Below, in pieces: positions 31,695-37,849 of a stretch of 37,849 nt of DNA; the stretch's first letter is position 1, and each line of letters opens with the position of its first letter. The stretch is from an uncultured Actinomycetes bacterium (GTDB lineage: Bacteria > Actinomycetota > UBA4738 > CALAEC01). The stretch is from NCBI GenBank assembly GCA_937890785.1, contig CALAEC010000138.1, positions 1 to 37,849 on the forward strand, given 5' to 3'. The position numbers were made by a program, and so were the translations under genes. The notes beneath the pieces are model-generated. The model had not been told where the DNA came from. It did not search any database and worked only from the letters and a program-made list of their open reading frames with translations.

Positions 31695-32621
31695 TTAGAT
31701 CAGGCCTTCCTCGCTGAGATGGTCGGCCGCCACGTCGGCCGGGTCCTCCTCATCGATCTCCACCCGGCCGTTCAGCTCGGTGATGTTCTCGGTGGTGAGC
31801 GTGGCGCTCACATCGTTCAGGAGCCCCGCGATCTCGTCGTTCAGGGCCTCGGTTCGGACCACCGGCGTGATGTTCTCCGCGTTCTGGAGCTGCTGGTCGT
31901 CCTCGAGGAGGACCCAGCCGTTCGCCCCGATCACGCTCGAGGTGGAGAACAGGAGGCCGACATCGATGTCCCCGTTCTCCAGCGCCTCCACGGTCAGCGG
32001 GCCACCCACGTCGAGCGGGACGAACTCACCGAACTCGATCCCGTACGAGTCCCGGAGCCCGGGGATACAGAAGGGCCGCTCCGGGCACTCCGGCGGTCCC
32101 CCCAGCGTCAACTCTCCGGCTACCGGGGCAAGGTCGCTGACTGTGGTCAGGTCGTTGGCCTCGGCCGTCTCCTGGGTCACCACGAAGGCGTTCGTGTCGT
32201 TCGCCTCTGAGGACTCCAGGAGGGTCTGGCCGCGCTCGTCGAGCAGCGGCGCGAGGCTTGAGTGGACCTCCTCGTGGTCGCCCGAGGCCGTGGCGTCGGG
32301 GTCCAGGAACAGGAGCAGGGAGCTCAGGTACTCGGGGGCGATGTCGATGTCACCCGCCTCGATGGCCGGCTGGAGCACCTCGCGCGACTCGAGGCCCGTC
32401 TGCCGCTCAACCGTGTAGCCTGCGTTCTCCAGCACCTGCGCGTACATCTCCGCCACGATCTGGTTCTCGGCGAAGGCGACTCCACCGACGGTGAGGGTTC
32501 CTCGATCCTCGCCGCCGCCTCCTCCTCCGCCCCCTCCCGACCCGTCCTCGCCGCACGCGGCCGCGATCAGGGCCACGGCGAGGAGGGCCGCCCCAAGGGC
32601 GGTGCTGCGGAACCTCCGCAT
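31695..32621 (-). CDS. Glycine betaine/choline-type osmoprotectant ABC transporter substrate-binding lipoprotein (OpuAC domain, OpuCC/OsmF-like)
   Basis: A signal peptide with lipobox IAAAC is followed by a poly-Gly linker. LTVGGVAFAENQIVAEMYAQVLENAGY, DIAPEYLSS and ALENGDIDVGLLFSTS are typical of the family. Confidence 0.85.
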   Translation of the reverse strand: MRRFRSTALGAALLAVALIAAACGEDGSGGGGGGGGGEDRGTLTVGGVAFAENQIVAEMYAQVLENAGYTVERQTGLESREVLQPAIEAGDIDIAPEYLSSLLLFLDPDATASGDHEEVHSSLAPLLDERGQTLLESSEANDTNAFVVTQETAEANDLTTVSDLAPVAGELTLGGPPECPERPFCIPGLRDSYGIEFGEFVPLDVGGPLTVEALENGDIDVGLLFSTSSVIGANGWVLLEDDQQLQNAENITPVVRTEALNDEIAGLLNDVSATLTTENITELNGRVEIDEEDPADVAADHLSEEGLI

Positions 32622-32726
32622 GGGTCACTCCCCCTCTCTCTTCACGGGAGCCTCCTGAGCTCCCTCCCGACAAGGGACCATCAGACCTTACCAATCCGAC
32701 CCGAGTTCCCCGTATTCCGGGCGATC

Positions 32727-33467
32727 TCAGGCGGCCGGGCCGGCCACCGGCGTCGGTTCGGGGACCTCCCGCCGCCTCCCAGGGGAGGTCCGGGGGCTGA
32801 CGGCCCGCTGGAGCAACCCCAGGGAGACCTCGGTGAGGACGGCCAGGAGCGCGACCAGAAGGGCCCCAGCGAAGATCTGGGCGTCGTCCCCGGTGGCGAA
32901 GCCGTCGAGGATGAACCGCCCCAAGCCGCCCCCGCCGATGACGGCGGCCAACGTGGCTGTGGCCACCACCTGGACCGCGGCCGTCCGGATCCCCCCCATG
33001 ATCAAGGGAGCGGCCAGCGGCAGCTCAAGCCCGCGCAGCACCTGGCCTTCCGTCAGCCCCATGCCCCGGGCCGCCTCCAAGGTGTCGGGGTCGACGCCCT
33101 GGATGCCCACGTACGTGTTCGTGAGGATCGGAGGAATCGCTAAGAGCGTGAGCGCGAACAGGGCAGCGGGGCGGAGCGAGGCTGGGAAATCGAGGCCGAG
33201 GCCCATCACCAGGACGGCCAGGAAGATCAGCCCGAAGGACGGGATGGCACGACCGAGGTTCGCCACCGACACGACGAGGGTTTCCAGCCGCCGGCTGTGA
33301 CCGATGTACATCCCCACCGGGAGCGCCAGGATCGATGCCGCCAGCACGGAGACTCCCGACATGATCAGGTGCTCCACCAGCCGGCTGGGGACGCCGAAGG
33401 ACCCCTCCCAATGAAGGGGGTCGGCGAACCACTCGACCACCTCGCTGAAGAACCCAGGCTCGCTCAT
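32727..33467 (-). CDS. Osmoprotectant ABC transporter permease (OpuCD/ProW-like)
   Basis: The ATG at 33467 overlaps the upstream stop (ATGA). The BPD_transp_1 EAA loop is EAARGMGLTEGQVLRGLELPLAAPLIMGGIR. Confidence 0.85.
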   Translation of the reverse strand: MSEPGFFSEVVEWFADPLHWEGSFGVPSRLVEHLIMSGVSVLAASILALPVGMYIGHSRRLETLVVSVANLGRAIPSFGLIFLAVLVMGLGLDFPASLRPAALFALTLLAIPPILTNTYVGIQGVDPDTLEAARGMGLTEGQVLRGLELPLAAPLIMGGIRTAAVQVVATATLAAVIGGGGLGRFILDGFATGDDAQIFAGALLVALLAVLTEVSLGLLQRAVSPRTSPGRRREVPEPTPVAGPAA

Positions 33468-34126
33468 GTCGCGGTGACGCTCCGAGTCCTCCGGGCCCAC
33501 GGGGTCAGGGCGCGCTGGGCCCAGAGCAGCACGCGGTCCGCAGCCACCGCCAGGGCGACGGAGAGCGCCACCCCCACCAGGATGGCGATCTGCGGATACA
33601 GGCGGCGGAACCCGCCCAGCATGAGGGCCCCCAGGCCGCCCTTACCGATCAACGCTGTGACCGTGACCAGCCCGATCGTGGTGACCGTGGCGATCCTGAT
33701 CCCGGCGACGATCACCGGCAAGGCCAGGGGAAGCTCCACCCGCCAGAGGACCCCACGCTCGGAGTAGCCCATGGCACGGGCGGCCTCCTTGACGTCCTCC
33801 GGCGTCCCGCCCAGGCCGGTGACGGCGTTCCGGATCAGGATCAGCAGCGTGTAGCTGACCAACCCGATCTCCGCGGTCAGTGTGGAGAGCCCGGTGAACG
33901 GCACCAGCAGCGCGAAGAGGGCCAGGCTGGGGATGGTGTACAGGAGGCCGGTGACCCAGGTGATCGCCGGATAGGTCCGGGCCCGTCGGTGGGCCAGGAT
34001 CGCCAGGGGGAAGGACACCACCAGCCCGAATCCGACCGCCAGGAGCGTCAGCCACAGATGCTCGCCGAGCTTCTCGCCGATCAGGTCAAGGTGGGTGCCC
34101 ACCCACTCCCAGTTCCAGAAGCTCAC
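33464..34126 (-). CDS. Osmoprotectant ABC transporter permease (OpuCB-like)
   Basis: The EAA loop is EAARAMGYSERGVLWRVELPLALPVIVAGIR, with 5-6 TM helices. The start overlaps the ATPase stop. Confidence 0.85.
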   Translation of the reverse strand: MSFWNWEWVGTHLDLIGEKLGEHLWLTLLAVGFGLVVSFPLAILAHRRARTYPAITWVTGLLYTIPSLALFALLVPFTGLSTLTAEIGLVSYTLLILIRNAVTGLGGTPEDVKEAARAMGYSERGVLWRVELPLALPVIVAGIRIATVTTIGLVTVTALIGKGGLGALMLGGFRRLYPQIAILVGVALSVALAVAADRVLLWAQRALTPWARRTRSVTAT

Positions 34127-35256
34127 GACACGATCTCCCTCGACACCCGCTCGAGCGTGAGGATCCCCCGGTACCGCTGCCCCTCCGTGACCACGACCGC
34201 GACGTTGGTGCGCGAGGTCACGATCGAGTCGAGCGCCTGGCGGAGGGAGTCCTCAGCGGTGACGTAGGCGCTGAACCTTCGCGGGGTGGCGTCGGACACC
34301 CTGGCCTTTCCTTCGAGCATGGCCTCGTCCACCCATCCGAGGAGCTCGCCGTCCTCGAGCACACTGACCCAGCCGAAGCCGCCGTCCCGGATCAGCGCCC
34401 GAGCCTTCTCCGCGTCGTCCTCCGGCGACACCACCGGGCCCTCGTCGACGTCGATCTCCGAGACCTTGATCAGCGCCAGCCGCTTCAGCCCTCGCTCGGC
34501 GCCGACGAACTCCTCGACGAACGCATTGGCCGGTTCCCGGAGGATCTCCTCCGGCGGTGCATGCTGCTCGAGGACGCCGCCGAGGTTGAGGATGGCGATG
34601 CGGTCGGCCATCTTGATCGCCTCGTCGATGTCGTGGGTGACGAACACGATGGTCTTTCGGAGACGTCGCTGGATATCGAGGAACTGGTCCTGGAGCACGG
34701 CTCGAACGATCGGGTCGACGGCGGCGAACGGCTCGTCCATCAGCATCACCGGGGGGTCCACGGCCAGCGCCCTGGCCACGCCGACGCGCTGTCGCTGTCC
34801 ACCGGAGAGCTCGGCGGGATAGCGGTCCAGCAGCTCCTCGTCCAGCCGGAGGGTCGCGGCGAGCTCCCGCACGCGGCGGTCGATCCGGGCGTCGTCCCAG
34901 CCCTCCAGGCGGGGAACCGTGGCGATGTTCTGTGCCACGGTCCGGTGGGGCATCAGCCCGATCGACTGGATCACGTACCCCATCCCGCGTCGGAGGCGGA
35001 CGGGGTCCTGGGCCATCACATCGGTCCCATCGACTTCGATCGTGCCCGAGGTCGGCTCGATCAGGCGGTTGATCATCTTCATCGTGGTGGTCTTGCCGCA
35101 TCCGGACGGGCCCACCAGGACGACGGTCTCGCCCCGGTCGACATCGAGGGAAAGGTCGCGTACGGCCGGGGTGCGGGTGCCGGGGAAGCGCTTCGCCACG
35201 TGACGGAGGGAGATCATGGTGTCGCCCATGAGATTCCGGGGTGCCAAGTACCCCAC
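34123..35256 (-). CDS. Osmoprotectant ABC transporter ATP-binding protein with a C-terminal CBS pair (OpuCA/OsmV-like)
   Basis: Walker A GPSGCGKTT, signature LSGGQRQR and Walker B LMDEPF are present, plus a C-terminal tandem CBS-like region. Alternative starts are ATG 35229 and ATG 35217 (MISLRHVAKRF). Confidence 0.85.
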   Translation of the reverse strand: MGYLAPRNLMGDTMISLRHVAKRFPGTRTPAVRDLSLDVDRGETVVLVGPSGCGKTTTMKMINRLIEPTSGTIEVDGTDVMAQDPVRLRRGMGYVIQSIGLMPHRTVAQNIATVPRLEGWDDARIDRRVRELAATLRLDEELLDRYPAELSGGQRQRVGVARALAVDPPVMLMDEPFAAVDPIVRAVLQDQFLDIQRRLRKTIVFVTHDIDEAIKMADRIAILNLGGVLEQHAPPEEILREPANAFVEEFVGAERGLKRLALIKVSEIDVDEGPVVSPEDDAEKARALIRDGGFGWVSVLEDGELLGWVDEAMLEGKARVSDATPRRFSAYVTAEDSLRQALDSIVTSRTNVAVVVTEGQRYRGILTLERVSREIVS

Positions 35257-35311
35257 ACGCGTGTCTCCAACGCAAGGACGGTCCGGTCGATTCCGCTACG
35301 ATTGGCCCCCG

Positions 35312-35941
35312 ATGCTGCTGGACGTGTTCAGCGACAACCCCTTCGCCACCAACTGCTGGATCGCCGGCCAGGACGACGCCGAGGAGGTCGTGGTGATCGA
35401 TCCGGGGTTCGAGGCCGCGGCGATCCGGCTCAAGGTGGCCCGGACGGGCCGGCGGCTCGCCGCGGTGCTGGCCACGCACGGGCACGGCGACCACATCGGC
35501 GCTGTGAAGGAGGTCTGCGGTGAGGAGGTCCCGCTGTACATCCACGAGGCGGACGAGCTGGCCCTGACCGACCAGGCGACGTGGGGGGCCGGGTACGCGG
35601 CGCAGGCGGACTTTCGCCCGGCCGAGGTCCGCACGGTGCGGGACGGCGACGTCCTCGAGTTCGCGGGGTTCCGGATCGAGGTCCTCCACACACCCGGGCA
35701 CACCCCCGGCAGCGTGTGCTTCAGGACCGACGGCGTGGTGTGGAGCGGCGACCTGGTGTTCCGAGGGTCGATCGGGCGCTCCGACTTCCCAAACTCGGAT
35801 CCGGCGGCGATGGACGCGAGCCTCCGCCGGTTCCTCGAGCTCCCGGACGAGCTGTCGGTGTACCCGGGCCACGGCCCCGAGACGACCGTGGGGTTGGAGC
35901 GGGCCACGAACGGCTGGCTGGTGGCGCTGGCCCCCCGGTGA
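35312..35941 (+). CDS. MBL-fold metallo-hydrolase (glyoxalase II-like)
   Basis: MLLDVFSDNPFATNCWI..., the THGHGDHIG (HxHxDH) motif, and the HTPGHTPGS and PGHGP motifs are present. The longest ORF (35216) would overlap the divergent ATPase gene. Confidence 0.85.
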   Translation: MLLDVFSDNPFATNCWIAGQDDAEEVVVIDPGFEAAAIRLKVARTGRRLAAVLATHGHGDHIGAVKEVCGEEVPLYIHEADELALTDQATWGAGYAAQADFRPAEVRTVRDGDVLEFAGFRIEVLHTPGHTPGSVCFRTDGVVWSGDLVFRGSIGRSDFPNSDPAAMDASLRRFLELPDELSVYPGHGPETTVGLERATNGWLVALAPR

Positions 35942-37194
35942 CCGACGTCGCGCCGCCCCGAGGGACGCAGGATGTGCTCCCGCCGTCCTCCGACGCCCTG
36001 CTGGCGGTGGTCGACGCAGCGCACGAGATCGCCCGGCTGTACGGCTACCGCTACGTGGAGACCCCCGCGTTCGAGCGAACCGAGGTGTTCGAGCGAACCT
36101 CTGGGGGCTCCAGCGACGTGGTGACGAAGGAGATGTACACGTTCGAGGACAAGGGAGGCCGGTCGCTGACGCTGAAGCCCGAGTCGACCGCTCCGGTCGT
36201 TCGGGCGTACCTGGCCACCCGTCAGTCGCTCCCGTTGCCCTTCAAGGCCTACTACGTGGAGAAGAACTGGCGGCACGGGCGTCCCCAGGCTGGTCGCCTC
36301 CGTGAGTTCCGCGTGTTCGGGATCGAGGTCCTCGGCACGGACGCGCCGGGCGCCGACGTCGAGGTGATCACGGTGGCGAACCGCTTTCTGCGGGCCCGCG
36401 GCCTTGCTCGGCTGACGCTCCACCTGAACTCCATCGGCGACGAGGTGTGCCGGCCACGGTTCCGGGAGGATCTGGTGGCGTTCCTCGAACCCCGCCAGGA
36501 TCGGCTGGACCGCGAGCACCGTGAGACCTGGCGCCGCAACCCGCTCCGGGTCCTCGACTGCACGACGCCGGAATGCCGGTCGGCCACCGAGGACGCCCCG
36601 CGGATCCTCGATTATCTCGACGACGCGTGCAGTGAGCACTTCGGGGCGGTCCGATCCGGGCTCGACGAGGAGGGCGTGGCGTTCGAGCTCGACCACCGGC
36701 TGGTCCGCGGCCTCGACTACTACACGCGGACCACGTTCGAGTTCGTCTCCGGCGCGCTGTCACCGGCCCAGGCCACCGTGTGCGGGGGAGGCCGGTACGA
36801 CGGGCTGGCCGAGGTGCTCGGCGGAGAGCCGACCCCGGGCGTCGGTTACGGGCTTGGCCTCGATCGGCTCCTGCTCGCGGCGGCGGAGGAGGGAGCGGCT
36901 TCGTCGGGCTCCAGGGCGGTCCGCTGCTACGTCGTGGGTTTGGGGGAGGACGCTCGGCGCGAGGCTCGAGCGCTGCTGCGCGAGCTGCGCGACGCGGCGA
37001 TCCCGGCCGACGCCTCACTCGAGGACCGGCCGCTCAAGGCCCAGCTTCGGATGGCCGACCGGTCCGGGGCCCCGTTCGCGGCGCTCCTCGGCGACCGCGA
37101 GCTGCGCGAAGGGGTGGTGACGATGCGCCGCCTCGCCGACGGCGAGCAGGAGACGGTTCCGCGGGGGGAGGTGGCGGACTGGCTCTCCCGATGA
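35938..37194 (+). CDS. hisS: Histidine--tRNA ligase
   Basis: The GTG at 35938 overlaps the MBL stop (GTGA). [60 protein letters not shown] and GGGRYDGL are present. Confidence 0.95.
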   Translation: MTDVAPPRGTQDVLPPSSDALLAVVDAAHEIARLYGYRYVETPAFERTEVFERTSGGSSDVVTKEMYTFEDKGGRSLTLKPESTAPVVRAYLATRQSLPLPFKAYYVEKNWRHGRPQAGRLREFRVFGIEVLGTDAPGADVEVITVANRFLRARGLARLTLHLNSIGDEVCRPRFREDLVAFLEPRQDRLDREHRETWRRNPLRVLDCTTPECRSATEDAPRILDYLDDACSEHFGAVRSGLDEEGVAFELDHRLVRGLDYYTRTTFEFVSGALSPAQATVCGGGRYDGLAEVLGGEPTPGVGYGLGLDRLLLAAAEEGAASSGSRAVRCYVVGLGEDARREARALLRELRDAAIPADASLEDRPLKAQLRMADRSGAPFAALLGDRELREGVVTMRRLADGEQETVPRGEVADWLSR

Positions 37195-37849
37195 GGACGC
37201 ACCGGTGCGGTGAGCTCCGGGCCGAACACGTCGGCCAGGAAGTGGCGCTGTGCGGCTGGGTCGCCCACGACCGAGACCACGGCGGCGTGCTGTTCGTCGA
37301 CCTCCGCGACCGAGAGGGCTCGGTGCAGGTGGTGTTCCATCCGCAGGAGCAGCCCGAGGCTCACGCGGCCGCGGCCAGGCTCCGGACCGAGTCGGTGGTC
37401 CGGGTGGTGGGCGACGTTCGGCGCCGGCCGGACGGCACCGTCAACCCGGCGCTTCCCACCGGAGAGATCGAGGTGGCGGCCCGCGGGCTCGAGGTCCTGT
37501 CCGACGCCGAGCCGCCGCCGTTCCCCGTCGCGGACCGGATCACGGCCGACGAGGCGCTTCGGCTGCGGTACCGGTACCTGGACATCCGCCGCCCCGAGAT
37601 GACCCGCCGGCTCCGGCTCCGCCACCGGGCCTTCGCCTCGATCCGGCGGTTCCTCGACGACCGCGGGTTCGTCGAGATCGAGACGCCGATGCTGACCCGG
37701 TCGACGCCCGAGGGGGCGCGCGACTTCCTGGTGCCGTCGCGGCTGTCGCCGGGGGAGTTCTATGCGCTGCCCCAGTCCCCGCAGCTCTTCAAGCAGATCC
37801 TGATGGTGGCCGCCCTCGACCGCTACTACCAGATCGTGCGGTGCTTCCG
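37191..37849 (+). CDS. aspS: Aspartate--tRNA ligase. The N-terminal part is present and the gene continues past the window end.
   Basis: The ATG at 37191 overlaps the hisS stop (ATGA). [24 protein letters not shown]...FVDLRDREG...[15 protein letters not shown]...[25 protein letters not shown]...[17 protein letters not shown] is present. The frame is open to 37849. Confidence 0.95.
   Translation, partial: MRTHRCGELRAEHVGQEVALCGWVAHDRDHGGVLFVDLRDREGSVQVVFHPQEQPEAHAAAARLRTESVVRVVGDVRRRPDGTVNPALPTGEIEVAARGLEVLSDAEPPPFPVADRITADEALRLRYRYLDIRRPEMTRRLRLRHRAFASIRRFLDDRGFVEIETPMLTRSTPEGARDFLVPSRLSPGEFYALPQSPQLFKQILMVAALDRYYQIVRCF

Noticed and set aside
1-37849. A search for CRISPR arrays, tRNA/rRNA genes, IS elements, integrases, and toxin-antitoxin or known defence systems
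   Set aside because: - No spaced direct repeats were seen.
- Every intergenic gap is under about 140 nt and lacks a cloverleaf-like structure.
- No transposase, integrase or recombinase-like ORFs were found.
- All sizeable ORFs except the 26.2-27.0 kb pair have housekeeping or transporter-type homology.
- A computational scan (tRNAscan-SE, Infernal/Rfam, PADLOC/DefenseFinder) would be the decisive check.

Overview
This is a high-GC, densely coding, Actinomycetota-type chromosomal segment. I support about 44 CDS. By eye I found no rRNA, tRNA, CRISPR array, transposase or integrase. The ORF track's start coordinates include GTG starts, and many very long ORFs are antisense or extension artefacts of the GC content. 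Real starts were therefore re-derived from homology, SD sequences and 4-nt ATGA/GTGA stop-start overlaps.

Backbone: from memory, the gene order matches the conserved actinobacterial order known from M. tuberculosis. That order is pgsA1-like/PIM acyltransferase/pimA, pdxS..pdxT-yebC-ruvCAB, yajC-secD-secF-apt-relA, then MBL hydrolase-hisS-aspS.

Inserted modules on that backbone:
- a Fur-box-controlled znuA/C/B-like-zur operon, divergent from a YibE/F membrane protein
- lemA-htpX
- a DUF3048 protein
- trpS plus a methyltransferase, which split pdxS from pdxT
- a hemolysin-III/PAQR protein
- an HD-domain protein between yajC and secD
- a KhtT/KhtU-like K+/H+ antiporter pair between secF and apt
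- a roughly 9 kb variable block between relA and the MBL hydrolase. It holds an orphan secreted Cys/Trp-rich protein plus a mini membrane protein, dtd, an atypical flavoprotein disulfide reductase, a ZnF-UBP protein, a 14-TMS-type MFS transporter, DUF1684 and an OpuC-type osmoprotectant ABC system.

I do not see a recognisable defence, toxin or mobile system. The best candidate for something undescribed is the orphan two-gene cassette at 26.1-27.0 kb.

Other points worth checking:
- a catalytically degenerate PgsA1-like gene
- a near-consensus Fur/Zur box that encloses a leaderless-type -10 element
- a LexA-type box on the ruvC start codon
- a disulfide reductase lacking the His-Glu dyad
- a DUF1684 gene with no canonical start codon
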